In this document: in pieces, positions 12,938-26,685 of the stretch
Layout: each line of letters starts with the position of its first letter
Position numbering within the stretch: position 1 is the first letter of the stretch
Assembly (NCBI GenBank): GCA_000934665.2
Contig: KZ538512.1
Location: 1 to 64,000 of the forward strand
Reading direction: 5' to 3'
Length of the DNA: 64,000 bases
From: Catajapyx aquilonaris
Taxonomy: Eukaryota
The notes under the pieces: model-generated
Told to the model about the DNA's origin: nothing
Databases searched by the model: none
The model's input: only the letters and a program-made list of their open reading frames with translations
Position numbers and translations under genes: made by a program

Positions 12938-14779
12938 TTATTTGTTTCTTTTCTCCAACTTGAGCCACACTCCATTTTTGGCACGTATCAAATGAGCAGC
13001 CAGCGCGTACTTCATGGGAATGTCTGTCTTTTCGGATGGCTGGAATCTAAAGTTCAGCACTGTCATCGCCAGAGCAACTTTGGCTTCCATCATTGCGAAA
13101 CGCATCCCTGCAAAGTACAATGAGGAATATTATTTTCCCCAGGCTATCTCTGCAAGAAGGCCATTATAAACTAAGTAGTATTTAGATGCAATTAATTTGA
13201 AAAGCAAGGATTATGCCCCACCTAGGCAATTTCGTGGTCCATGCCCGAAGGGCTGGTAGACGTAAGGATTCCTCTTGGCCTTTTCTTCTGGAGTGAATCT
13301 CTCTGGGTCGAACTTGGTTGGATTTGGAAAGTACTTTTCATCTCGATGAATAGCAAGAGAAGGGAACACAACTACAGTCCCCTTTTGGATCGTAAAATTA
13401 GTTCCTGGGACCAGATAGTCTTTGGTGCATGTCCGCAGCAACCTGTGCGCAGGAGAATGTAGGCGCAGTGCCTCTGAAATTTATGGAATATATTATTGAA
13501 AATGGCATTTTGATTGCGCGAAATTATACAAACCATGGATGATTTTGTCCATGTACTCCATTTCCATGATGCAATCGTAGCTCAATTTTCCGCCGTGCCT
13601 CTCCAGGACTTCTGTCACCTCGTCGAAGAGTTTATCTTGGATGTCAGGATTTAAGGCCAGCTCATAGGCTACAAAGCTTAGTGTATTCGCTGTGGTTTCA
13701 AATCCAGCAATAATGAATATAATTGACTGCGCGATAATGAGAGGCTCATTCAGTACTGAAAAGAAATGGAAAGTTGTTCATATTTGGATGCTTTGATTTT
13801 GCACAGACATTAATATATTGCCCTTACCTGCTTTCGAAAGTGCTTTCCGTTCTACCGCAGTTTTTTCATCAGTGCCATCGTATCCCAAAAATTGATCGGA
13901 TTCCCCTTCATCTTGCAAATCACCCTTCTTGGCATCTAGAAGAAGCTGGAGGAAGTCCTTGCCCTTGCTTCCACTCTTCTCACGTTCCGAAACGGTCTCC
14001 TTGACCATATTAGCAAAAAACTCCAGCGGCTCAAAGCCCGGAAGTGGCACAATCATGCTGAGGTACTCGAAGAACCGGGGGAATGCCATGAAGAACAGCC
14101 CGGCGATGAGTTCCACAGGAGGAGGATTCATCAACCGATTGGCCATTTTGGGAAAGATAGCTTCCGGATCCTCCAGTGAGTTGCACTTGACTCCAAAAGC
14201 TGTGCTGGCGATGACATCCATTGTGAACCGACCGTAAGCATCTTTGAACTCCAGCTCCTCTCCATTCCTGGCCTTAGTGTCAAAGTACTCAACCAGCTGG
14301 TCTCCACACTCGCACACTCCCTGGAATATCCTCTTCATCTTGCCCGAAGTGAAGGTCGGGGTCATCACATTCCTCACGTCCTTCCACTGCTGTCCGGATA
14401 AATTGGTCACCATCAGGTTGCTGTACTGCGCCTTCTTCCCGAAGTTAAAGTTCATCCGGTCCACAAAATGGTCAAAGTCTCTGATGAATATGTTCTTGAA
14501 CAGATCCGGATCAAAGCAGAACAACACGGGCATCATGGCAAATTCAACTACCCCTCCGAACTTCTTTCCGCTGAAGTGCTTGTAAATGGCCATGTCCACA
14601 TCTCCCATGGACTTGGTCACAAAAATGGTACGGAATAAAGTGGTCCAGTATGCTGCGGGAGAGTAGTCCGGAAAACCTCTGACCCTCCAGTGTCTGTAGC
14701 TCCGGATGACAAAGAAGGCCAAAATTGTGGGCAAAACAACCACAGGCACTAACACGATGTACAGGAGATACTGCCACAT
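12938..14779 (-). CDS. Cytochrome P450 gene 4 (lineage A), about 531 aa
   Basis: Exons 14779-13828, 13755-13534, 13473-13222, 13107-12938. All P450 motifs intact. Confidence 0.96.
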
Positions 14780-16341
14780 CTTGAGGACTCTGCGAGAGAA
14801 GTGCGACTGTTTCGTCTTCCCGACTTCGTCTGACAGAATGAATGGCGAAGGACCTTGAGGCCACGTGATGGCGCTGCTATTTACCCAGCACTTGCTGAGG
14901 TCAAGTGATGATGTGGTTGGCTGATAGGACTGTGGATATATCGGTTGGGATCTGAGTGGGAGACGGCAGATATTACATAGATACCGTATATAGTCTCTCT
15001 TTTCTTGTTGATCTCACGTAATAAATTATTGTTACGGAAATTGGAATTTTTAGCGTCTGATTTTGACAGAATTAATTTATGACGTTATACATGACCTGTT
15101 GTGATGGTGTTCTTGCGCCATTATTTTCCTTAACCCCTTCGGTACCAGCTAGGCCGAAAACGCCTAGATTTTCGTTTACGCGTACTCGGAAGACACCGAG
15201 AATATATTTTACAAAATAATAGCAGCTATACTTACCCGTTCATGCAAAACACTATGAATGTGTTGGAAACAATTTTCCTCTTCTAGAAGTTCCTAAATAA
15301 ATGTTCAAAAATGTCGCTGTAAAACAATTCAAGTACTACTGGCTAACTGTTAAGCTTATTTAATTGTAAAATACATTAAAATATATGCGGAACATCTACT
15401 TTGATAGCCGTGCAGACTAATTTGCGGAAAGAAATCGTGGTACTTCGTGATAAATAAATAAATGGGAGTTTTCCGAAGTCCCAGCAAGCCGCAGATAAGA
15501 ATTAATTTAATTATAGCGAACTACGACGATATCAGCAAATTCGTCTGGCACAGTTCTCAATATTGGTATTCCGTATGTTTTAATGTATTTCATAATTAAA
15601 TCGGCCTAACATTTGGCCGGGAGTACTGGAATTTTGATATTTTACAGCGACATTTATGAAAATAAATTTAACAACTTTTACAATACCATCAAATCTTGCT
15701 CCTGTCATGCGATGTTTGACTGACCTACCGGACGATACTCGTTATGGTACACTCCTATCTTGCGTGACCCTATCTTTGGAATATTAATCTAGTCTCACAA
15801 TATATAGATAAAAATCCCAGTTTCGACATAATACTGACTATATAACAGTTCTGTGGCTCAGGCGATGTACGGAACAAAAATCGACGTCAAACTCGTCTGC
15901 CTCGGAAAGACGTTCGACTGAAAACAAGTATAATACCTCCAACATTCTGCAATATACACGTGATGTCTACCATCTAAGATGATATTGCGTACAATAATTT
16001 TCCACGAACTGAATCCACAGCAAAAAAATTAAACATAATAAATTATACGGTACATTATTGTGCCGAAATAACAGTTATTAATAATTTACTGACATCGTAA
16101 TAATTGAAGCACATGATGGGAATAGTGACTGACTGAGAGTCACTACAGTATTTTCAGCACATGATTATTGTTGTTCTATAATATTCTGGATAATTACCGG
16201 TATTGTACTAATCAGTTGTTTGTGATATTTCAACCACAAGGATCTACTTGAAGCTTTGCTTCTGTGAATCGAGTTAGGTATTAATTTAAGGTTTGATAAC
16301 TAACAAGTTTCACCTTCATTTAACTTATATGCCGCTTCTTA

Positions 16342-16400
16342 CCCCCCCAAGGCTTGTACGGCCCATCGGGGTATGGTAAATAAATAAATAAATAAATAAA
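16342..16400 (+). mobile_element. 5'-truncated retroposon 3' tail
   Basis: C-rich stem...gggg plus (TAAA)n. TSD atatgcc(g/c)cttctta. Empty site near 7519-7532. Confidence 0.65.
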
Positions 16401-17088
16401 TATGCCCCTTCTTATAATATTTTGACCAATAATATAATTTTTCGTTTTGCTGCTGATTGGAGTTGTGCTATGCAATCGGCATCATGCTTGGTTTTTTCGG
16501 TCGAGTGGAAGTGGAAGTTGCGATACAGCCTTGGCCTAAAAAAACCCAGTAACAGCTGTGAAGAGATGTTAGCTGCATGTGACAATATTATTATTATCAT
16601 CCAATCTAATTTTCAGTTAACTGAATGTTTTTTTTTCTTCAAAACAAACGTCGGTTGATTACCTTTGGAAAATCGAGAGTCTTACCATTATCCTCAGATA
16701 GAAAAATGAAAGTGTGCGTCACGTTTCACAGTTACTTTATGATAATAATACATTACACGTCAGTTGTTTCATTTCGGACAGGAAACATGAGACGAGCAAT
16801 GCCAAGAAACACAATATACATAAGAACATACCTAAGGAGGTGTAAAAAATTATTATGCACATGAAAAGAAATGATTAGCTGAAAAATACAGTCACATTTT
16901 GGTTGAAAATAAAGTTGACGTCTGTACTGTAAGCCGCGTTAGTTTTTAAATATATCAATTACAAAATAAATGATCTCATTCATTAAGGGTAAACGTCGAA
17001 CGAAAACACCTTGAAATTAGTTAAATGTAGCTTTGATCTCTCTCAATTCCAGGTGGTCAAAATAATGATGTCGGGGCTACTCCGTGGC

Positions 17089-20000
17089 CTATTCCCTCTT
17101 CTCGACGTGAAGCCAGACTCCATTTCTGGCCCGACTGACGGGGGAAGAAAGTGAATACGTCAGAGGAATCTCTGTCTTCTGAGATGGCCGGAAGCGGAAA
17201 TGAAGTATGGTCATGGCCATCGCAGCTTTTGCTTCCATCAGTGCAAATCTCATTCCTGAAAAGGGAAGAAAAGGGGATACGTTACATTACAACGGTTTGC
17301 AAATTCCACAGGTGGTGTCACCTATTCAAGCCAGTGAGTCAAGTGAAGTGAGTGAGGTGAGAATTAATGTAGTAGAGGTATAGTGTTTGACTTAGTTTGT
17401 GGTTATGTACTGTATGGGATGCTGGATACTGTCAGGAAATAGGCTGGCCTTTGCATTGTCGTGCATTGTGGCGATTGTGACCTACACTAAAGGACCAAAC
17501 CATGTGAAATCCCTTTTGTAAAGAACAGTTTGGAAATCTAGCAGGTTCTTTAGGGTGTGGCGTAAGCCATTTGAATTAAGCATTTTGTAAGTTATTTAGA
17601 GTCCGCAAAGTTTGAAGAAGTTTCTCGTCAGCACAGCATGCCCATGTTTAACCTTTTTATTTTATTTATGTCCATCTTCGCTTTTGTATCCTGTCACAAC
17701 AGCTTACCGACGCAGTTTCGTGGCCCGTGTCCGAATGGCTGGTAGACATAGGGGCTTCTCTTAGCCTTTTCTTCGTGGCTGAATCTCTCGGGGTCAAACT
17801 TCTTCGGATTTGGGAAGTACTGCTCGTCCAAATGTAGGGCGTATTCAGGGATCGACACGAGCATACCTTTCTGAATTACTCGATCAGTTCCAGGTATTTG
17901 GTAGTCTTTGTTGCACATCCTTAAGTGCCTGAATAGAGGAGGATGCAATCGAAGTGTCTCTGAAAGAAAATGGAATTGCAATTTCTCAATCATGTAAAGA
18001 ACTAGCATTTCACGACGCGGAGGAGTTAGTTAGTCAACAGCGAAATAAATGTACTTTACCACAGATTACTCACCCTGAATGATTCTGTCAAGCAGATCCA
18101 TCTCCATGATGCCGTCGTAAGTGACCTGACCTTTGTGTTTAGATACCACCTCCTCAACCTCCTCGTGTAATTTCTCCTGCACTTCCGGGTTGAGGGCCAA
18201 TTCATAGGTAATGTAAGACAGGGTGTTGGCAGTAGTTTCGTAGCCAGCAGTGAAGAATAATATGCACTGGGCGATGAGCAGAGGCTCGTTCAAAACTTGA
18301 AGAGAAGGAGTCAATTTTATGACAATTGCATAATAATCACCACGATTTTTTTTTTGAAAACAAACATGTTATCATTGCCATAAAATTTATCCAGTGCCAA
18401 TGATATGGCAAAACCGGTCATAATGAGCTTAACAAATAATTTTGTTCAAACTACAAAATTACGGCTACGGGCAGAGTTACATGGGCAATTCATGTTACCT
18501 TACCTTGACTTTAAAATATTGTGAGTTCAGTTGGCATTAAACAAGATACTAACATTTGTGAAGCTATAGGAAAGAATACTGTACTAACTTAGGATGTCTA
18601 CAAATTCAATCCTTGGCTGCGGAAAGGAAATTGTTAGTTGGACCTATTTAACAAACTTTTTTGTTGCACCAACCAAAAAAGAATGCAAGTCAGTGTAGTT
18701 GATATGAGTGCGACTGGTCCACTGGGCCATTCCCAATCAAAAACGTAGGCCTATTACAATTCAGCACCAATTCAGAGCATGCATGTGTGGATTGAGTTAG
18801 TCCAATATCAGCAGAAAATATTCGTGATAATTGATAACTGATAACCTCTGGAATTCTGTTAAAAACACGAAGGTGAGTGATAAAATATTTTCCTCTCGCC
18901 TCATTTTCCATGTAATATTTGCGGATTGTTTACATGCGTTGACACTTGCATTAAGTGCAAGAATACAGGGTGATCCAAAATTCTTGTGTCGTTGCATGAT
19001 TATTTTAAACACTAAGCTCTCTATTTTAGCAGTAACCTTTGCACAGTTAAGTACTTTAAAGGGCACCAAGAGTCGAAACAGTAACTATGCAAAGTAACTG
19101 ACACTAAAATAAGTAGTTTAGTGCCAACAAATAGAAGTAGCAATCCGGCAAGCATTTCCGATGACCCTGTATATTATGTTTACTGGATTATCTTATACCT
19201 GCTTTGGAGAATGCTTTCCGTTCTTCTCTGGACTTTTGGTCAGTGGCTGAGTTGTAACCTATGACATGATCCGACTCTGCCTCTTCCTCTAACTCTCCCT
19301 TCCTGGCGTCCAAAAGCATCTGTAAGAAGTCGTTTCCTTTGATGCCAGTCTTTTCTCGCTCTGCAATAGTATCTTTCACTACATCGGCAAAGAAGTTCAT
19401 GGACTCCTCGTTGTTGGGCACAGGAAATCGCATTGCGAGTAAAAGTTTGGCGAATCTAGGAAAAAGAAACGCCACGACCGTCATAAGCAATGCGCTGGCT
19501 CCTGGAAACATAAGCTTTCTGGCCATCCTGGGAAACAGGGCGTCCTTCTCCTGGAACGAATTGCACCTGACTCCAAAGGCAGAGGCTGCGATCACGTCCA
19601 TTGTGAACCTCCCGTAAGCATCTTTGATCTCAAATTCATCTCCCTTCGCGGCAAGACTTTCAAAAAATGCATTCAGCTCCTTGCCACAGTCGCTAAAGGA
19701 TGGAAAAATCCTCTTGATTTTTCCGGACGTAAATGCCGGAGTCAAAACATTTCTGACATCCTTCCACTTTTGACCTGACAAGTTTGTTAAAGCCAGATTC
19801 ATGTAATTCATCTTTTCTCCTTGGTCGAAAAGAAACCGGTCCACAAAGTGATCGAAATCTTTTACAAAAATGAGTCTCATCAGTTCAGCATCCTGAATCC
19901 AAACACTTGGTCCGAGCATATCAATAATTCCAGCGAACTTCTTTCCGGACAGTTCCTTGTAGATAGCCAGTTCCGTAACTCCCTGGGATTTGGTCACAAA

Positions 20001-20159
20001 TAAGACGTGCAGGAAACGTTTCCAGAAGAAACCGACTGGCAGCGACTCCGGGAATCCTTTCCGTTCCCAGTATCCTCGTAACCACAGATATATTCCGGTC
20101 ACCAGCAAGGACAGTCCCACAACAGGGATGAGAACGAGACACACAAGTAAGCACCACAT
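17089..20159 (-). CDS. Cytochrome P450 gene 5 (lineage B), about 533 aa
   Basis: Exons 20159-19199, 18295-18074, 17959-17708, 17255-17089. Motifs [25 protein letters not shown]. Confidence 0.95.
18966..19169. mobile_element. Tc1/mariner-type MITE in gene 5 intron 1
   Basis: TA-CAGGGTGATCCAAAAT ... ATTTCCGATGACCCTG-TA. The right end also survives in gene 3 intron 1 (about 10460-10482). Confidence 0.65.
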
Positions 20160-20613
20160 CGCGGAGACACTAGACAGGGTCCGTCCTCGGCTACGTCTGA
20201 GAGCGAACTAGGAAGGCCACTGTGTAATCTCCCACCCTGTTACGTCAGACTAAGTCAAGGGCGTACAATAACGCGCAGTGATGTCCTTCCATAAATATAG
20301 ACCGGAAATTATACCCTCCAAAACGCATTTCTAACAACCGACAGGTTTATTTACGCGTATTATACATTGCCGTGGTGTGTGTCACTGTGTAGTTAATTGC
20401 ATCAGGCCAATTACTTAGTACAGTAGTAACGTAGATCCGCAGCATTAAAATAATGAGGATAAGATGAACTCATTTAACAAATAATATTAGAATTTTGATT
20501 GATAATACCTGTTTGGGGCTCACGGAAACCCAAATGATATATACATCACGGTTATACCTTCAGTATAATCTCCTCTAATGCTGCAATGCAAAATGTGACA
20601 GCTTATACGATAC

Positions 20614-20900
20614 CGAAATAGTTTTTTGGTCCATGTCCAAAACACACGTACTGTACAACCATATGGATTTTATTGACTTTTTTCTCTTTAGCTACATGCC
20701 TCAATCGAACTTCGTGGAATATGGAAATACTTCTCTTTTTTAGTAGCATTTTAAAACTCTGGAATTGACACAGGCATATATTCATGTGGATAACTTCTTC
20801 ATCTGGTATCCGTTAGTTTACTGGCAGTGAGTACTCCTTGATACAAGCCTTACAACACATGAACACGGAAGAACGAATACGAAGCCTCTTTGATAGCTCA
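20614..20900 (-). pseudogene. Degenerate P450 exon-3 remnant, copy 2
   Basis: YVCFGHGPKNYFG followed by GT. Upstream remnants of KYF..P(T)KFD and EK.K are frameshifted. Confidence 0.75.
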
Positions 20901-21262
20901 CTGTAATAATTTATGTAATAGTGCTATAAAAAGCACAATTACATACTCTGAAAGATCACACAGCACCGTGAAGCTATGCCACTCACAGGTGGGAGATAAA
21001 CACTTATTATACCGGTACTGTACCGGTCTATGTGGCGATTGTTGCAGACCTGGGGACAGATGACCGATATGCCAAAATATGTCACGAAATATACCGCATG
21101 AGCAATTTTAGCAGGCTGAATTTGCTTTTAGGACATTGGATGAGTCGTTATTGAAGTGGTTTAACATTATTTTTCATTAACCAAAATTTCTTATAGGAAA
21201 ATCTAGACTGGAGGTTTGGACATAGTTTTTTTGACCTAAAAACGTATACTATGTACGTGTTA

Positions 21263-21700
21263 GGGGAGGTGTAGATGGCCGAGATGGTAACGTCTCGGCC
21301 AAGGTCTCGGCTTTCTGAGTGAAAGGCTCCAGGTTCGATCCCCGCCTGGGGAGTTTTCCTTTCACTTGCCAGGAGGGTCTCTGACCTGCACCTTGGAGGT
21401 GTTTGCAACCTAACCTCCTGGGGAACAGCACATGACCCCTTTACAGACCTTGCACTTGCACCTATGTTCCCTCTCCAAAAATCCCTACCCTACCCTACAT
21501 CCTTGACTCCTTGTACCGGTGAATGAAGAAAAGTATAATACGTAGGCTATACAAAAAAAACTGATGGTAGGTGTGCCACCCCCGGGGGTGGCACACCTAT
21601 ATACCATCAGTTTTTAATTTTTAATTTTAATTTTTTATTTTTTTAAAGGGGGTGACCCCCCTAAAAAGGCTCCGCCTTATCACGGGGCAACGAAAAAAAA
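21263..21700 (+). mobile_element. tRNA-derived SINE (same family as 9866)
   Basis: A-box TGGCCGAGATGG and B-box GGTTCGATCCC. Shared body caacctaacctcctgggg and 3' cccctaa..atcacgggg plus A tail. Absent from the paralogous spacers near 12740 and 27810. Confidence 0.85.
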
Positions 21701-22041
21701 TTGACTTGTTCAACTATTACATACAAGGCTTCACAGCTTTCCAGATTGCATTGAAAATCAGTGTTTCAAAAAATGACAGGCTTCAGCCAAACTCTTCAGA
21801 TGCCAGTATGGTAATTTCGTAATATATTATTATGTTAATTCTGTACAGCAGGAAGGCACAATTTACACTTTATTTAAGTCAAGGAAGTGACGATACTAAG
21901 CATTACTAAATTTTTAGGTACATTTATATACACATATTTTAATGTTACAGAAAGATAGTGAAAGTGGAATATGTTTCAAGAGGAATTAGATTTTCCACAT
22001 ACTGTCAGGAGTCATATTTATTATAGGCTTAAAGTACTGCA

Positions 22042-24844
22042 TCATTTGTTTCTTTTCTCCAACTTGAGCCACACTCCATTTTTGGCACGTATCAACTGGG
22101 CAGCCAGCGCGTACTTCATGGGAATGTCTGTCTTTTTTGATGGCTGGAATCTAAAGTTCAGCACTGTCATCGCCAGACCAACTTTGGCTTCCATCATTGC
22201 GAAACGCATCCCTGAAAAGTACAACGAGGAATATTATTTCCCCCAGGCTATCTCTGCAAGAAGGCCATTATAAACTAAGTAGTATTTAGATGCAATTAAT
22301 TTGAAGAGCAAGAATGATGCCCCACCTAGGCAGTTTCGTGGTCCATGTCCGAATGGCTGGTAGACGTAAGGATTCCTCTTGGCCTTTTCTTCCGGAGTGA
22401 ATCTCTCTGGGTCGAACTTGGTTGGATTTGGAAAGTACTTTTCATCTCGATGAATAGCAAGAGAGGGGAACACAACCATAGTCCCCTTGGGGATAGTCAT
22501 GTCAGTTCCTGGGACCGGATAGTCTTTGGTGCATGTCCGCATCAACCTGTGCGCCGGAGAGTGCAGCCGAAGTGTCTCTGAAATTTATAGAATTATTAAA
22601 AACGGCATTTTGACTGCATGAAATTATACGAACCATGGATGATTTTGTCCATATACTCCATTTCCATGATGCAATCGTAGCTCAATTTTCCGCCGTGCCT
22701 CTCCAGGACTTCTGTCACCTCATCGAAGAGTTTCTCTTGGATATCAGGATTTAAGGCCAGCTCATAAGCTACAAAACTGAGTGTATTTGCTGTGGTTTCA
22801 AATCCAGCAACAAAGAATATAATTGACTGCGCGATAATGAGAGGCTCATTCAGTACTGAAAAGGAATGAAAAGTTGTACATTGGATGCTTTGATATTTAT
22901 AATGTACAGGGTTGGGCAAAATGTATGGCCTGATTTGAATCACGTGGTACTATGATGCTGTTTGAGCATGCAGGGGATATTGGCATGTGCTGGAGTGGGG
23001 AAGGTTTGCCATTTGCATAAATGGTGTCGTGGTCGCCAGAGCACTGTGCATTCTTTGTGGAGACTTGTTTTAAAATTAACGAGTTCCCCATAGCTCTACG
23101 AAGGATATTTCTTAGCCATTTTGAACTGGGATATCAGGACGAAGTTATCAACCACCAGACAAACATAAGGTGGGTGAAGCAATTCCTGAACACATCATCA
23201 TGCCTGGACCAGAATAGCACTGTCCAAGGAGTCCTTGGACAATGCTATTCTAGGACACAACGGACCCCCACCCAAAGGGTATTCAACACACAACTCCGAA
23301 TTCCTGGGCTATTGGCCGTTCCAAGCGTCCAAAAAGGTTCTTTGGGCCACTTCGTCCCTTGCTTTTAATTGTTGCACAGCTTGATCTTGTAAGGATATAA
23401 GTGCAGGACATCATGGATGATGTAGCACAGGGAGTGTGCCAACATTCATAGTGCCAAGGCGTGCCTATAACTGCTGATCACTAAGGACTTCGGAGGAGCG
23501 CATTGTGGACATCTTGGGAGGGTCGGCTATGTCCTTGGATGTCCAGTGCTTTTTTGGTTTCTGATGCTGTGTCCCGGAACTGCTTCACCCCCCTTATGAT
23601 TGCCTGATGGTCGGGGACTTGATTCTGACGTCCCAGCCCAAAATGGTGAAGAAAGATCCTTCGCACAGCTCTGGTGGAGTCATTATTTTTTAAATAAATC
23701 TCCATGATGACTGCACAGTGCTTTGCAGACCAAGACACCATTTTTGCAAATGGCAAACCTTCCTTACTCCAGCACATGCCCATATCCCTTGCATGCTCAA
23801 ACAGCACCACCGTACCACGTGATTCAAATCAGGCCATACATTTTGCCCAACCCTGTACTTGTACACAGACGTTAGTAGATTGCACTTACCTGCTTTTGAA
23901 AGTGCCCTCCGTTCTTCAGAAGTTTTTTCGTCAGTACTGGCGTCATATCCCAAAAATTTATCGGATTCCCCTTCATCTTGCAAATCACCCTTCTTGGCGT
24001 CTAGAAGCAGCTGGAGGAAGTCCTTGCCCTTGCTTCCGCTCTTCTCACGTTCCGAAACGGTCTCCTTCACCATATTGGCAAAGAAATCTATCGGCTCATA
24101 GCCCCGAAAAGGCACAATCATGCTGAGGTACTCGAAGAACCGGGGGAATGCGATGAAGAACAGCCCGATTATGAATTGCACAGGAGGAGGATTCATCATC
24201 TGATTGGCCATTTTGGGAAACATAGCTTCCGGATCCTCCAGTGAGTTGCACTTGACTCCAAAAGCTGTGCTGGCTATGACATCCATTGTGAACCGACCGT
24301 AAGCATCTTTGAACTCCAGCTCCTCTCCGTTCCTGGCCTTAGTTTCAAAGTACTCAACCAGCTGGTCTCCACACTCGCACACTCCCTGGAATATCCTCTT
24401 CATCTTGCCCGAAGTGAAGGTCGGGGTCATCACATTCCTCACGTCCTTCCACTGCTGCCCGGATAAATTGCTCACCATCAGGTTTATGTACTCCGCATTC
24501 TTCCCGAAGTCAAAGTTCAGCCGGTCCACAAAATGGTCAAAGTCTCTGATGAATATGTTCTTGAACAGATCCGGATCAAAGCAGAACAACATGGGCATCA
24601 TGGCAAATTCAACGACCCCTCCGAACTTCTTTCCTCTGAAGTGCTCGTATATGGCCATGTCCACATCTCCCATGGACTTGGTCACAAAAATGGTACGGAA
24701 TAAAGTGGTCCAGTATGCTGCGGGAGAGTAGTCCGGAAAACCTCTGACCCTCCAGTGTCTGTAGCTCCGGATGAGAAAGAAGGCCAAAATTGCGGGCAAA
24801 ATAACCACAGGCACTAACACGATGTACAAGAGATACTGCCACAT
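22042..24844 (-). CDS. Cytochrome P450 gene 6 (lineage A), about 532 aa
   Basis: Exons 24844-23890, 22855-22634, 22577-22326, 22211-22042. Intron 1 carries a 949-bp Tc1/mariner-derived element. Confidence 0.95.
22907..23855. mobile_element. Tc1/mariner-derived foldback element in gene 6 intron 1
   Basis: TA TSD and TIR CAGGGTTGGGCAAAATGTATGGCCTGATTTGAATCACGTGGTAC. Arms of about 280 bp each encode a decayed transposase N-terminus (MVSWS.EHCA..VE..K.N...A.RR.F..HF.LG....VPD...I.RWVKQF..T.S). Empty site in gene 7 intron 1. Confidence 0.88.
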
Positions 24845-25258
24845 CCTGGGGACTCAGCGAGAGAAGTGCGACTGTTTGGTCTTCCCGGCTTCGTCTGACA
24901 GACTGGTGAAGGTTGAGGATTTTGAGGCCCATAGAGGGTTGTGCTATATACGCAGCACCAAGGCCGATCGTTGATGTGGTTGGATGATGGGGAGCCCCGT
25001 AGATATGTGTGTTTGCGGCTGGGTGTGTGTGTGGGGTGTGGGTGGGGGGCAGATATGACACAGATAATGTCCTTCTTTTTTAGTTGAGCCCACGTAATAT
25101 TGTGAAGGAAATTGCAATATATATTGCGCGTCTGGTTTTGACGGGATTAATTTATGGTAGCGATTGACCTGTTGTGTTGTTATTCTTGCGCCATTCTTTG
25201 CCTTAATGGTTTTGGCTCCAAAAACTCACTGAAATGATGGTGGATGTGAATTTGCCAC

Positions 25259-25260
<2 letters not shown>

Positions 25261-25335
<75 letters not shown>

Positions 25336-25370
25336 TTTGTTAACCTGCGGGGTCGGCCACCCTTTTGCAG
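25261..25370 (-). mobile_element. 5'-truncated retroposon tail with long (ATT)n
   Basis: (TAA)n array followed by GC-rich gcggggtcggccaccc, flanked by the direct repeat ttgccacta. Confidence 0.55.
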
Positions 25371-25623
25371 ATTGCCACTACATCCAATATAGTGTAGAAA
25401 ATGAAAGCCAGCTAGTATTTCAGAATGTGGAATTTTCATCGCGTTTACAATGGATTAAGATAATGGTATTTATCCTCGTTTGCATTACAACGAATACAAA
25501 CAATCACGATATTACAATTCAAAACCAATATCGACAGTGGTATATGATATAAGGCTAACAGACACAAGTAGGCTACCTATAAATTTTGCGCAATCATGCC
25601 CTATTAATGAGCTGTACTAATAT

Positions 25624-25969
25624 GAATGGCCCAATTGAACAAGGGCCCTTGTCCAGGGTGAAAAAAGGGTATGGGTGGAGAAATTAATTTTGAATTCCTA
25701 AATTATTAGAGATATTAAAATTCTTTATTGGAAATAGGCCATAAAGGGCCACACCAACATATGTTAATTTTGGTACATCGTTGCGGTACCGGTACGCAGG
25801 TCAACAGATGACATGCGAACCGCATCGATGTGCCAAAATTAACATGTGTTGGTGTGACCCTTTAAGACATATTTCCAATAAAGAATTTTAATACCTCTAA
25901 TAGTTTTAATTTCTCCACCCTTACCCTTTTTTCACACTGGATATGGGCCATTGTTCTATTTGGCCATTC
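25624..25969. mobile_element. Palindromic MITE (about 350 bp foldback)
   Basis: Arms of about 165 bp: gaatggcccaattgaacaa...ttaattttggtacatcg versus cgatgtgccaaaattaa...ttgttctatttggccattc. Confidence 0.8.
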
Positions 25970-26211
25970 AATTATTCTGTTACATGCAGCACAATAAATA
26001 TTTTGGAAATTAATGCTTTGTTAAAATAAATCAATGATGATACTGATGAGTTATATGCTAGCCTATTGTATTTTTCGCGGTTAAACAGGATCTGTAGACA
26101 GGCGGAGGACTATTTTACATCCAGTGTCCTGAGACGTATGCAGATAAGAGCCGGCATCTTTATGACAACAGCAACTATGTTTACATAAAATGTCATTACA
26201 ATATGTTTGTA

Positions 26212-26282
<71 letters not shown>
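26212..26282. repeat. (TAC)n microsatellite
   Basis: Direct reading of the sequence. Confidence 0.95.
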
Positions 26283-26393
26283 GCATAATAAATTAATAAT
26301 AATAAGTCGGAAGTATAGGGTAATTATGTGACTAACAGTATTTTTCTGTATTATCAATTCACATGAAAGCCTAATAAGTTTGGGTCGGTAGTG

Positions 26394-26396
<3 letters not shown>

Positions 26397-26436
<40 letters not shown>
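26397..26436. repeat. (AG)n microsatellite
   Basis: Direct reading of the sequence. Confidence 0.95.
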
Positions 26437-26442
<6 letters not shown>

Positions 26443-26591
26443 CTAGATCATTGTAATGTATGCTGACAATTTCCACCTCATCTAATTAATCACAATTCTC
26501 CTCTAACTTTAGCAAGATTTCACATTTAAACTGAAGTGGGGCAAGTCAGCACAACATTGATATTTCAATTAAGAATATAACCCTCCAAATT

Positions 26592-26685
26592 GGGCGAGTT
26601 TTCGTAGGTCCTGTTTCGTCGGGCGAATTTCCGTCGAGCGAATTTGCATGGGGCGAGTTTGCATAGGGCAAAGTGTGACGGAACC
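26592..26685. repeat. About six tandem ~15-bp repeats (gggcgarttt...), resembling a DNA-transposon subterminal array
   Basis: gggcgagttttcgta / gggcgaatttccgtc / gagcgaatttgcatg / gggcgagtttgcata / gggcaaagtgtgacggaacc. Confidence 0.6.

Noticed and set aside
15130..15690. Possible TTAA-CCCC piggyBac-like insertion upstream of gene 4
   Set aside because: The sequence diverges from its paralogue at a TTAA, but no matching second terminus was found.
25203..25439. Poly-Ile, poly-Asn and poly-Tyr ORFs (also 45385-45683)
   Set aside because: These are translations of (TAA)n microsatellites.
26592..26685. CRISPR-like repeat array
   Set aside because: The degenerate 15-bp units have no spacers and lie in eukaryotic intron-containing DNA with no cas genes.
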